Of a DNA stretch of 43,043 bases, positions 25,713 through 34,814 are shown in pieces; the first letter of the stretch is position 1, and every line of letters begins with the position of its first letter. The notes below the pieces were generated by a model. The model worked only from the letters and a program-made list of their open reading frames with translations, had not been told where the DNA came from and did not search any database. The position numbers were made by a program, and so were the translations under genes. The stretch is from a bacterium (GTDB lineage: Bacteria > Patescibacteriota > Minisyncoccia > Phycocordibacterales > UBA5272): NCBI GenBank assembly GCA_031386485.1, contig JANNCJ010000048.1:1-43043 (forward strand), written 5' to 3'.

Positions 25713-26627
25713 TCACATTTGATACTTGACTCTTCTCACATCGAAAATGCGCACTTGAGAAGTGATTGCAAAATTAACGATGCTAGAATCTTTATTTTTA
25801 AGTTTTATAATCAATTCATGTATATTCTTGTCTTTCTTTTGCACAGAGCTAAGCGGCACACCTATAAAAGTAAATTTATTTATCTTTTTTAATATGACTA
25901 CAGGCCTTAAAAAACTTTCACCTTTACCGTCTTGTTCATGGCCAATATTCACACCCATCTCTAACCACCAAACCTCTCTTTCGCTAAAATAAAAATCTTC
26001 TACGTCGTTATCTGTTCGTATTGAGGATATTTTTTTAAGATTATTCCACGCATCAAAATTTTTGTTTTTATAATTTGATATAGAAATGTATTCTTTTATA
26101 AAGTATATGTGAGTTTTAAGATTAAGAAGAGTGTTTATATTTAATTCAATTTTGCTAAGCTTGGAATACTGCTCGCTAAGATTGAGCAGGGCTTCTTTAG
26201 CCGTTAGCCACATAATTTCGCCTTCCACCATATCACCCTTTATTTCTTCTACAAACTCACAAAGAATACAAATTACTTCGTATTTTTTATACTGACCTTC
26301 TTTGTCGACGTCCTTGAATGCAATGACTTTACCAATGCTTCCAACTATCCGAATATCAATTCCCAATTCTTCCCTAACTTCTCTTTTGATGCACTCTTCT
26401 AGACTCTCATCAGACTCTAGACCTCCGCCAGGCAACAAAGTATTTTTCATCTTGATCAAGGCAATCTTACCCTGATTTATAATTATAGCTTTAACCGTTC
26501 TCCTTTCTTTATATACCTCATCATTCACCGCTACGGCAAACTTAGGCACCACATTATCAGGTCTCAGCACTTTAATCAACTTAACATCATCTTTATCCAT
26601 ATCTAAATTATACCATGAAACATTCAA
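25713..26627 (-). CDS. NUDIX hydrolase fused to a C-terminal MazF/PemK-like domain
   Basis: Perfect Nudix box GGLESDESLEECIKREVREELGI. The C-terminal EVWWLEMGVNIGHEQDGKGESFLRPVVIL...GVPLSS...SQVRIFDVRR resembles PemK/MazF toxins. Confidence 0.65.
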   Translation of the reverse strand: MNVSWYNLDMDKDDVKLIKVLRPDNVVPKFAVAVNDEVYKERRTVKAIIINQGKIALIKMKNTLLPGGGLESDESLEECIKREVREELGIDIRIVGSIGKVIAFKDVDKEGQYKKYEVICILCEFVEEIKGDMVEGEIMWLTAKEALLNLSEQYSKLSKIELNINTLLNLKTHIYFIKEYISISNYKNKNFDAWNNLKKISSIRTDNDVEDFYFSEREVWWLEMGVNIGHEQDGKGESFLRPVVILKKINKFTFIGVPLSSVQKKDKNIHELIIKLKNKDSSIVNFAITSQVRIFDVRRVKYQM

Positions 26628-26668
26628 ATATTACTTCTGTATTTTGTTTTCGTTTTAATTTTACATAC

Positions 26669-26697
26669 AAAAAACCTTTATTGCGTAAAGGTTTTTT
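26669..26697. terminator. bidirectional intrinsic terminator after secY
   Basis: aaaaaaccttta-ttgcg-taaaggtttttt: a 12-bp stem whose A/T runs supply a U-tract on either strand. Confidence 0.75.
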
Positions 26698-26717
26698 GTT
26701 TTGTGTTTGGTTTGGGA

Positions 26718-27980
26718 TTAATACTCCCTCATTGTCAGCTGAGCGTCGATCTTTTTCATAAGATCAATAATTACAGATATAGCAATTAGGAGCGATGTGC
26801 CACCAACTGATAGAGCTTGGACTCCGGTTAAGCCAGATAATATAATCGGAAGTAGCGCGACTGTGCCGAGGAATATGGCTCCCACTGTTGTTGTTCTCAT
26901 CAGCACATTACTAATATACTCAGTTGTTGCTTCGCCTGGTCTGTGCCCGGGTACAAAAGCGCCTGATTTTTGTAAATTTTCTGAAGTCTTAACTGGGTCA
27001 AAAGTAACCATCGTATAAAAGAATGTAAACATTACTATAAGAGCAAAATAAATTACTCCATATATCCAGCTATTGCCGATTATCATGGCTATCTTCTGGG
27101 CTATCAGTTGTAATGTGGCTGAGTCTGAGCTCTGCATGAGCTGGGCTGCCATCTGAGGAAAGGTCATGAGTGAGACAGCAAAAATAATAGGTATTACTCC
27201 CGCTAAGGTAAGGCGGAGCGGTAAGTATGATGTGGTCAGGCCTGTTGTCGTATACCCTCTTGATTGCTTAGCGTAAGTCACTTCTATCGGCCTCTCGGCC
27301 TCAGTCACTGCAACGATGCCCATTAGAACCAATATAAATGTTATAAATAGTGCTATATACATTGGAATTTGCGATGGGTCCACAGTGCCCATTATTGACC
27401 AGAGCTTAGCAGGGAGAGTTGCAACTATTCCTGAGAATATTATCAAAGAAATGCCGTTGCCGATACCCTTTTCATTAATTACTTCACCGAGCCACATCAT
27501 AAGCATTGACCCTGCAGTAATTATAATTATGTTTGTGGTAAACTCTGTCTTAGTCATGGCCTCTATCACACCCTGCTTAACAAAGAGCGTGAGGAGACCA
27601 ATTGCCTGTAGCACTGCAAGTGGTGGCGTCAACCATCTTGTATACTTGGCATACTTACGTCTACCAATCTCACCCTCTTCTTGCTGCATCTCTTTTAGCT
27701 TAGGGTAGAGCACAGCTACTAGCTGCATTATAATACTCGCAGTAATATATGGCTGTACTCCAAGCATAACAAATGACATTGAGGATAAGCCCCCACCCGA
27801 GAATATATTAAGCATGCCGAGGAATTGATTATCGCTTACAAATGAAGCTAGGTCCTTGCCGCTTACAGAAGGTATCGGTACTATAGATAGTATTCTAGTA
27901 ATTAATAATATTGCGAGCACAAAAAAGATTCTATTTCTTATGGCTGCATCAAGCATCACAGATTTTAAGTATTTAAACAT
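26718..27980 (-). CDS. secY: preprotein translocase subunit SecY
   Basis: 10-TM profile; LGVQPYITASIIMQL, GEVINEKGIGNGISLIIF. Confidence 0.95.
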   Translation of the reverse strand: MFKYLKSVMLDAAIRNRIFFVLAILLITRILSIVPIPSVSGKDLASFVSDNQFLGMLNIFSGGGLSSMSFVMLGVQPYITASIIMQLVAVLYPKLKEMQQEEGEIGRRKYAKYTRWLTPPLAVLQAIGLLTLFVKQGVIEAMTKTEFTTNIIIITAGSMLMMWLGEVINEKGIGNGISLIIFSGIVATLPAKLWSIMGTVDPSQIPMYIALFITFILVLMGIVAVTEAERPIEVTYAKQSRGYTTTGLTTSYLPLRLTLAGVIPIIFAVSLMTFPQMAAQLMQSSDSATLQLIAQKIAMIIGNSWIYGVIYFALIVMFTFFYTMVTFDPVKTSENLQKSGAFVPGHRPGEATTEYISNVLMRTTTVGAIFLGTVALLPIILSGLTGVQALSVGGTSLLIAISVIIDLMKKIDAQLTMREY

Positions 27981-28216
27981 ATATGCAATTATATCATAAA
28001 ATTAATCAAATAAAAACAGTCAAACTGAAGGGCTTGACGGCTTTTAGATATACAGTATTTTACCTTTACTTTAACGTAAAGTGGAAACAGAAAGCCAAGC
28101 GCCAAGGCGGATGAACAATATCTGTATTATCCTAAAAATTAATATTCAGATAAATACTGCATATCTATAGTTATTATACTATATAAATTAAAAGATGCCA
28201 ATTATGATATAAAGTA

Positions 28217-28954
28217 TTATTTTTTTAAGCTCTCGTAAATCTCTACAAATCTGTTAATGCTGCTGGTAATAATAATATAGTCTTTGTTATAATACCCATA
28301 TACAAAAGCTCCACTCTCTCCATCAGCAACTCTCATATTAATATTCTTTATACTAACATCATTAAAAGTGCTTAAATTAAAATACTTAAATTTATTCTTG
28401 GCTAAGCCTTTAAAGACATTTTCGTCTTCTAATATTGCTTGGTACAAATTGTCAAAATTACTAATGCGAATTACGATAGAGTCGTCTGTGGATGTGGCCT
28501 CGCTAGTGTAGCTAAAAAGCTTCTTACTTATGGGGTCATTCCAGACGTCTAGCACAGTATACTTTGGAGCTTCTACTTTTACTTCTTCTATTATGACTGG
28601 CTTTTTATAAACTAAGAAATAGTAAGCTGCAGCCCCGCATATAAGAAGCAAAAAGATTGCTAATCCGGCTATTACTATTAAGCGTTTTCTCTTTATAACA
28701 TTATCAGCTTCGAATGTGTTGCCGCTGGTATCCATTTGACCGCTTAAGATCTTAATCTTATTAATATTGTCTTTACGAATATTATCATAGACATCGCTCT
28801 CCATAGTATGTATCACTGGTATATCTCCTGACTTTTTGGTCAGCATGTGCAGCCTTTCTTCTTCCCTCTTTTCTTGCTCTAACTTCTCTTCGAGGCTAGG
28901 CTCTTCACCAATTGTAGCGTCATTAATATTTATAATTTTATCTTTATTGTCCAT
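28217..28954 (-). CDS. hypothetical single-pass membrane protein
   Basis: Acidic N-terminus, TM helix LIVIAGLAIFLLLICGAAAYYFLVY. Overlaps the NYN gene by 11 nt. Confidence 0.5.
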   Translation of the reverse strand: MDNKDKIININDATIGEEPSLEEKLEQEKREEERLHMLTKKSGDIPVIHTMESDVYDNIRKDNINKIKILSGQMDTSGNTFEADNVIKRKRLIVIAGLAIFLLLICGAAAYYFLVYKKPVIIEEVKVEAPKYTVLDVWNDPISKKLFSYTSEATSTDDSIVIRISNFDNLYQAILEDENVFKGLAKNKFKYFNLSTFNDVSIKNINMRVADGESGAFVYGYYNKDYIIITSSINRFVEIYESLKK

Positions 28955-29522
28955 TTTCTAATTCTACTACATTTACAGATTTTTTGTAAGGTCTTTTTGC
29001 AGGTTTACGGGTTAACTTACTTATTAATAGATATTTCTTAGGGTCGTCATCAAGGTCAAGGAAGGCTTCAGTGCTCTCCTTAAGCTTACTAGACGTCGAC
29101 CTACCAAATGAAACTACTTCAACTTGTACTCCTAGACTTTTAAGCTGCTCAACGAGCGGCACGAAGTCACCATCTCCGGTAGCTAAGACTATAGTGTCCA
29201 CTTTACTTGCAAGTCTAAGAGCGTCAACTGTGATGCCAACATCCCAGTCTGCTTTTTTGTTACCACCATGAAATATCTGCAGGTCTTTACTCTTCGTTTC
29301 TATCCCCATTTTTAAAAGAGCGTCGAAAAACTGAGCCTCGTCCTGAGCTTCTGTTGTTATGAGATAGGCTATTGCTCTTACTAACTTTCTTTCTCCTACT
29401 GCGGAGTCGAGTACGTTGCTAAAATTGACTCTTGAGTTATAGATGTTACGTGCACTGTGATATAGATTTTGCGTATCTATTAAGACCGCCACTCTTTGTG
29501 AGGTATGTTGTATTACTGACAT
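28944..29522 (-). CDS. NYN-domain (LabA/DUF88-like) protein
   Basis: VAVLIDTQNLYHSARN ... DWDVGITVDAL ... IVLATGDGDFVPLVEQLK acidic-residue pattern of NYN ribonuclease-like domains. Confidence 0.8.
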   Translation of the reverse strand: MSVIQHTSQRVAVLIDTQNLYHSARNIYNSRVNFSNVLDSAVGERKLVRAIAYLITTEAQDEAQFFDALLKMGIETKSKDLQIFHGGNKKADWDVGITVDALRLASKVDTIVLATGDGDFVPLVEQLKSLGVQVEVVSFGRSTSSKLKESTEAFLDLDDDPKKYLLISKLTRKPAKRPYKKSVNVVELENGQ

Positions 29523-29718
29523 ATTTTAAATTTGAATTATTTGAATTAATATTTAAACTTGATTAATAAAATAATTATTTTATATTAATTAATCACCTAT
29601 ATATTATATTACTTTGCTCGCATAATAGCAAATCTTAGCCTGCTCCCCCACGGAGTTATACCCAAATAAAATACCCATATTCACATGAGCATTTTATCTT
29701 TGAGCGTTTCGATTACCC

Positions 29719-29985
29719 TTATGCCTTAAGTCCAACCTTTTTAGATATGTCTTTAAGTCTCTTGGTAGACTGTCTGCCTATATATTTGAGATGTGATCTG
29801 CGATCTGAGACCATCTTGATGAGGCCGCGGCGTGAGTGATTATCTTTCTTGTGTGTTTTAAGATGGCTTGTGAGCTCTTCTATACGTCTCGAAAGAATAC
29901 CGACCTGAACTTCTGGTGATCCAGTATCTTCGCCGTGAAGCTGTACATTCTTGATAACGTTTAATTTTTTCCTTGTGGTTAACAT
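29719..29985 (-). CDS. rpsO: 30S ribosomal protein S15
   Basis: GSPEVQVGILSRRIEELTSHLKTHKKDNHSRRGL signature. Confidence 0.95.
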   Translation of the reverse strand: MLTTRKKLNVIKNVQLHGEDTGSPEVQVGILSRRIEELTSHLKTHKKDNHSRRGLIKMVSDRRSHLKYIGRQSTKRLKDISKKVGLKA

Positions 29986-30046
29986 GGCTGTATTATAACA
30001 TAATCTTAGCTCTTACGCAAGTCGTAATTAGCCTTATGTAGTAAGC

Positions 30047-31093
30047 TTATTTTACATAATTCACCTCTCTTTCTAGCTTAATACCAGTCTCTTTATAAAC
30101 TTTATCAATAATTTTTTGTGAAAATTTATCCATTTCTTCTGCGTCAGCCTTTTCATAATTCACCAAGATCAGTGGCTGCTTTTCGTAGGTGCCGACATTA
30201 CCCTCTCTTACTCCCTTCATCTTGGCTATATGCTCTATCAGCCACGCAGCTGAGGTTTTGTATTTATCTTCATATTTATAAATAGGAATATTTGTATACT
30301 TTGCGACTAGGCTCTCTTTTAAATCTTTGCTAATAAGAGGATTTTTAAAAAATGAGCCTGCATTTGGGAGTAAATTATAGTCTGGGATTTTGGATTTTCT
30401 TGTTTCTATTATTATATTTCTGATTTCTCTTACATTATATGTTTTATTTTTGTCTAAAATATTTAATGGTGCATAGGTGAGGGTTGGTTTATACTGCTTA
30501 GATAATTTGATATTAATACTGAGAATTATATATTTATCTGATTCAGTAGAATCACCTACTGGGTTAGACTTTTTGAAAATTGAATCTCGATAAGAGAATT
30601 CGCATTCTTTATTCTCTAATATCTCTATTTGATTACTTTCTCTATTTAAAACTTCTACGCTCACAAGAGTGTCGCATATCTCTACCCCATATGCTCCGAT
30701 ATTCTGCACTGGCCCGGCGCCTACGGCGCCGGGCACCCATGACAAATTCTCTATTCCCCACCACCCTCTCTCTACTGTATACTTGACCACGTCGTCCCAG
30801 GTCTCACCAGCATAAGCTTTAATAATAACGCCTTCTTCTCCCTCATCCTGCACCGTCTGGTGCGGGACTATTTCTATACCTTTCATTTCAATTTTTACCA
30901 CAAGTAATTCCTTAATATTATTAGAAAAGAAAGAATTGGTACCCTGCCCTAAAATAAAAATCTTTTTATTATTTATTTTAATATACTCCAATACGTCAAG
31001 TAACTCCTCAGTGCTAGCGACTCTCACCATCACACACTCCCCGCCCACCCTAAGCGAAGTGTAATCCCTCATGCTCACTTGCTCAATTTTCAT
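30047..31093 (-). CDS. murB: UDP-N-acetylenolpyruvoylglucosamine reductase
   Basis: FAD-binding N-terminal domain (LRVGG, GQGTN), VPGAVGAGPVQNIGAYG, and C-terminal NAGSFFKNP. Confidence 0.9.
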   Translation of the reverse strand: MKIEQVSMRDYTSLRVGGECVMVRVASTEELLDVLEYIKINNKKIFILGQGTNSFFSNNIKELLVVKIEMKGIEIVPHQTVQDEGEEGVIIKAYAGETWDDVVKYTVERGWWGIENLSWVPGAVGAGPVQNIGAYGVEICDTLVSVEVLNRESNQIEILENKECEFSYRDSIFKKSNPVGDSTESDKYIILSINIKLSKQYKPTLTYAPLNILDKNKTYNVREIRNIIIETRKSKIPDYNLLPNAGSFFKNPLISKDLKESLVAKYTNIPIYKYEDKYKTSAAWLIEHIAKMKGVREGNVGTYEKQPLILVNYEKADAEEMDKFSQKIIDKVYKETGIKLEREVNYVK

Positions 31094-31222
31094 AAACTAA
31101 TTATAGCATAAGCTGAGATGTGTAGCGAAAACAAATTTTTCTCTACGCTTCTCCAAATAGTACCAATTTATAAGGTTATTTTGGAGAGTAATTTAATATA
31201 ATACAAAACATTCACCATTTAC

Positions 31223-31873
31223 CTAATCTTCAACATTTAACCCAAGCAATGAAGCAAGATAGATAGCTTGTCCAGTGTTTACAGTTAAGCTTGTATAAGA
31301 TTCTTTATCTATGGCTATGCCCTCTATCTGAGAGCCCCTAAAGCTTACATTTTTAAATGACGTTTGAGAGAACTGTGTATTTTTTAAAATACAATTTTCA
31401 AAAGTGACATTTTCTAAACTTGACCCTAGAAAATCAGCATCCGAGAGATCACATTCTGAGAAATGAACATTTTTTAACTTTCCAAATCTAAATGAAACAT
31501 CTGCACATTTTGAAGTTTGTACCGATACATCTTTCACTGTAGCATCTCCAAACTGTGTCCCTTGTAATCTGCATTTAGAAAAAGTGCAACGTAAAAAATA
31601 GCTTTTTGAAAAAACTGTCCCAGTTAGATTAATGTTATCAAAGCTAACATCTGACGAGCTAATCTCACCCACTTTTGAAAGTTGAAAAGATATTTTATTG
31701 ATGACACTTTCATTAATTTTAATTTCAAGATAAGTCCCGCCTTCAAAAATTCCATAATTCACAATAGCGTTATCAATTTCAAAAGAATTTGAATCTTCTT
31801 TTGATTCTTCTAAAGCAATCTCCCTGAGATTCTTTTTATCAATAATTGGTTTTTTGATTTCCTTTAAAGCCAT
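31223..31873 (-). CDS. pentapeptide-repeat protein
   Basis: Tandem A(D/N)(L/F)xx-type repeats from about residue 70 to 185, e.g. ADVSFRFGKLKNVHFSECDLSDADFLGSSLENVTFENCIL. Confidence 0.8.
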   Translation of the reverse strand: MALKEIKKPIIDKKNLREIALEESKEDSNSFEIDNAIVNYGIFEGGTYLEIKINESVINKISFQLSKVGEISSSDVSFDNINLTGTVFSKSYFLRCTFSKCRLQGTQFGDATVKDVSVQTSKCADVSFRFGKLKNVHFSECDLSDADFLGSSLENVTFENCILKNTQFSQTSFKNVSFRGSQIEGIAIDKESYTSLTVNTGQAIYLASLLGLNVED

Positions 31874-31890
31874 AAGACATTATATCATTT

Positions 31891-31992
31891 CTAGAGTTTT
31901 CTGGCTTTAATTATCAAATAAGCGGGTTTACTCAACTCTTCATCCCACATTTCGGGAAAAGATCTGAGGTCGTATTCTTTTATGTTGCTCAT
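31891..31992 (-). CDS. possible 33-codon sORF
   Basis: MSNIKEYDLRSFPEMWDEELSKPAYLIIKARKL*. Ends 17 nt before the pentapeptide gene ATG. No other support. Confidence 0.2.
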   Translation of the reverse strand: MSNIKEYDLRSFPEMWDEELSKPAYLIIKARKL

Positions 31993-32042
31993 GGTTATAT
32001 TATATCAATTTATGTCTTAATTCAAAACCAACCCAAAATTTT

Positions 32043-32061
32043 ACACTTTCTCACCAGATAA
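32043..32061 (-). promoter_or_regulatory. partial third copy of the conserved leader core
   Basis: acactttctcaccagataa vs acacttttctcaccaataa at 493-512 (one indel, one mismatch). Confidence 0.4.
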
Positions 32062-32114
32062 GTCTTTATTTACAAAGATATTTTGCGGGCGATAAAGTTA
32101 ATAACCCAAAAAAA

Positions 32115-32660
32115 TTAACTCTTCCTAAATTCCCTCACTTTTATATTTTTATATTTAGGTATTTTAATTTTATTTTTCAATAAATAATGTATGTACCCCG
32201 CCCACAAATCCGCTATACTAACTCCATAAACCTCATCTGTTCTCGCTTCTCTAAACGATATTTTTATATTCTTTTTTTTATAAAGCCTTCTAACTTTATC
32301 AAACATTTTACCTAAATGATCTCCGGTATACACGACTGTATCGCCATTTTGTACTTCACCAAACACAAATATCGACAAATCAAAATACATTTTTTTGTCA
32401 TTTATATATTTGCTTTTATCTACATACCCGACGTTAACCCTATAGCTAACATCCCCAGCAATTTTATAAAATATTTCTTTCTGTGATTTTTTTAACGAGT
32501 TCCATTTATAGTCTTTTTTCGTTATTCCTAATTTCTCTTTTATTAAGAAGTAATCATTTTTAAGTGATATAGCGTCAGCTCCAACAATACTAACTACAAA
32601 AAACTCTGTTGAAGAATTTTCCATTGTCCCTTCGTCGCCACTTTCATCCAAAAATATCAT
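32115..32660 (-). CDS. DUF3800-like protein
   Basis: N-terminal MIFLDESGDEG motif typical of DUF3800. Start moved to this Met from the ORF-track start at 32756. Confidence 0.6.
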   Translation of the reverse strand: MIFLDESGDEGTMENSSTEFFVVSIVGADAISLKNDYFLIKEKLGITKKDYKWNSLKKSQKEIFYKIAGDVSYRVNVGYVDKSKYINDKKMYFDLSIFVFGEVQNGDTVVYTGDHLGKMFDKVRRLYKKKNIKISFREARTDEVYGVSIADLWAGYIHYLLKNKIKIPKYKNIKVREFRKS

Positions 32661-32752
32661 TTGTATATGATAACATATTTTGCTTGACTTTATGTTGAGT
32701 TTTGATATAATTAGCTTAAGGATATATTGACAAGGCTGCCCTCGGTAGCTTT

Positions 32753-32770
32753 CCACAACTTAAGTTGTGG
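32753..32770. repeat. perfect 18-bp palindrome ccacaactt|aagttgtgg
   Basis: Read directly from the sequence. Lies about 95 nt upstream of the DUF3800 ATG. Confidence 0.7.
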
Positions 32771-32830
32771 ATACGATGTATTCCTCCAATAAAATGGAAA
32801 CAAGATTGTGGTAACGCATTCCTCTGTTAC

Positions 32831-32864
32831 AAAATAAATCTCACAGCAATGTGGGATTTATTTT
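32831..32864 (-). terminator. intrinsic terminator after ATPase paralog 3
   Basis: 15-bp stem aaaataaatctcaca / tgtgggatttatttt with a 4-nt loop and a T-rich 3' arm. Confidence 0.7.
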
Positions 32865-32880
32865 TTGTTTAAAGCTGTAT

Positions 32881-34035
32881 TTAGGAAGAAGTAAGACTCT
32901 CTCTATAATTCTCTGTGGTTACTACTTTAAAAGCAATATTTAGATTTTTGTTATTTTGAATAAAGATTTTGGGGTTCTTTTTTCTTTTTATATTTCCTGT
33001 TGTGATCTCAAAAGCTTCCACCTCAGTATTCCACTTTTCTAAATAATCAATCTCTTTACCATCAACATTACGCCAAAAGTACGCCTGCTTAAAATTATTT
33101 TTGTATGAATTAGCTTTTAGCTTTTCTACTATAAAATAATTCTCAAACAATGCACCCACATCTCTCCTTGCCACTTTATGAGTACCGATATTAATCTCAC
33201 TAAAATCGTTGATTAGAGCATTCCTGATGCCAACGTCATAAAAATAGAATTTACTTTTCTTGGTGATCTCACCTCTAGCATTATTACTGTAACTTTTAAG
33301 TCTAAATATAACAAAAGACTGCATAAGTAAGTCAATGTATCTCTCTATGGTCTTGCTTGTAGTTCCTAGCTCTTGGCTTATTTTGTTTATACTGACTTCA
33401 CTGCCTAGCTGATATGCCAGGGTCTTTAATAAATTGATTAATAATTCTGGTTTTTTTAAATTATCAAATTTTAATATGTCTTTAAGTAAAAAGGAATCGG
33501 TGAGAGATTTTATTTTAATTATTTTATCTTCTACACTAATCTTTGTAACAACCTCAGGATAAGAACCAAATCGGAGAGTGTAATCAAGGTGCGACTGTGG
33601 GTCAAAGTATTGCGACTCTCTTATTTCTTTGTCAGTTAGTGGGTAGAGATTGAGTAGTATATTGCGTCCCATAAGGGGCTCGCCTATTTGCCCGGCAAGT
33701 TCAAATGAAGATGAGCCGGTTACAATAATTTGCAAATCCTTATAATTATCTATAATTAACTTTAGATTTATCCCTATATTTTTGATGTTCTGAGCTTCGT
33801 CTATAAAGAGTAAGTCGAGACCTTCGACATACTCTTTTAGTTTTTCTAATCTTTGTGAAGAGAATATCTCTTGTGCTGTTAGACTGTCTCCTATATAGAC
33901 TCTATATTTACCTTTAAAATTAGCAAGATAGCTATTAATTATAGTAGTTTTACCCACTTGTCTTGGCCCATAGACAATAAGCACTTTACCTTTTTCTATG
34001 TAATCACCTATTTTAATTTGTCTTTTTACTAGCAT
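32881..34035 (-). CDS. P-loop ATPase + wHTH + degenerate PD-(D/E)xK protein, paralog 3
   Basis: Walker A GPRQVGKTT, Walker B LFIDEAQ, wHTH SINKISQELGTTSKTIERYIDLLMQSFVI. Nuclease motif EIDYLEK...AFEITT lacks the Lys. Confidence 0.85.
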   Translation of the reverse strand: MLVKRQIKIGDYIEKGKVLIVYGPRQVGKTTIINSYLANFKGKYRVYIGDSLTAQEIFSSQRLEKLKEYVEGLDLLFIDEAQNIKNIGINLKLIIDNYKDLQIIVTGSSSFELAGQIGEPLMGRNILLNLYPLTDKEIRESQYFDPQSHLDYTLRFGSYPEVVTKISVEDKIIKIKSLTDSFLLKDILKFDNLKKPELLINLLKTLAYQLGSEVSINKISQELGTTSKTIERYIDLLMQSFVIFRLKSYSNNARGEITKKSKFYFYDVGIRNALINDFSEINIGTHKVARRDVGALFENYFIVEKLKANSYKNNFKQAYFWRNVDGKEIDYLEKWNTEVEAFEITTGNIKRKKNPKIFIQNNKNLNIAFKVVTTENYRESLTSS

Positions 34036-34054
34036 TTTACCTTTTTATTATACT

Positions 34055-34090
34055 CCAAGTACAAAAATATGTCAATATTCTTGTACTTGT
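34055..34090. promoter_or_regulatory. 16-bp imperfect inverted repeat (14/16) with 4-nt loop
   Basis: ccaagtacaaaaatat-gtca-atattcttgtacttgt, starting 20 nt upstream of the paralog 3 ATG. A further gtacaag follows at 34092-34098. Confidence 0.6.
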
Positions 34091-34109
34091 GGTACAAGAA
34101 GAAAGAGTT

Positions 34110-34802
34110 TTACGAGTAAAAATCAAAATCAAAGATTCTTTTTGGTGTTTTATACTGCATTCCTTTATTTTTGAATAGCCATACAATCTCTTCTGTCATA
34201 AAACCTCTTGTGCTAAATTCTTCATAGAGAAGGCAAAGGGTTTTGTAAATTGATGCCGGCATTCTATCTAAATAAAGTCTTCTTTTATTGCTTAGTTCAT
34301 ATTTTTTAAGCAGAACCACGAGTCTTTCTAAAATATCTTTTCTTTCTGGCTCGACCTCTCCTGCTTCTATCATTTTATTTGGGTTTCTGAAATCTTGTTT
34401 AAAACTTCGAGAAAAGTTAAGGCGAAGATTATTAAATGCTCTTCTTGTACTTTCTCTTATTTTGCCATCTTCTTCTTCAATATTTTTAAAATAAAATTCA
34501 AGCAATAATACAAAGCTATCAGCGGACACAAACAACAAACCCTTCGTAACAATACTAAGAAAATATAACTTGTTATCTTTACTCATCTCACCATAATCAT
34601 CTAAATATTTAAGTAAAAAATGATGTTTGACTATATCATGATTTGAATAGTGTATATTCTTATGAGCGAGTAAATTTGCTATCTCATCCTTAAGTATTTT
34701 CTTTTTTAGAATATCTCTCTCAGTGAGAAGTGCTGTCATTATTTTTTGCACCTCATAATCAGCTTCTTCTATTTGCTGCTTGGTTAATTTTTCTCTTTTC
34801 AT
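34110..34802 (-). CDS. orphan protein (230 aa, predicted helical)
   Basis: Long ORF 12 nt downstream of ORF 34815-35642. No recognisable motifs. Confidence 0.55.
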   Translation of the reverse strand: MKREKLTKQQIEEADYEVQKIMTALLTERDILKKKILKDEIANLLAHKNIHYSNHDIVKHHFLLKYLDDYGEMSKDNKLYFLSIVTKGLLFVSADSFVLLLEFYFKNIEEEDGKIRESTRRAFNNLRLNFSRSFKQDFRNPNKMIEAGEVEPERKDILERLVVLLKKYELSNKRRLYLDRMPASIYKTLCLLYEEFSTRGFMTEEIVWLFKNKGMQYKTPKRIFDFDFYS

Positions 34803-34814
34803 ATTTTAATTTTA

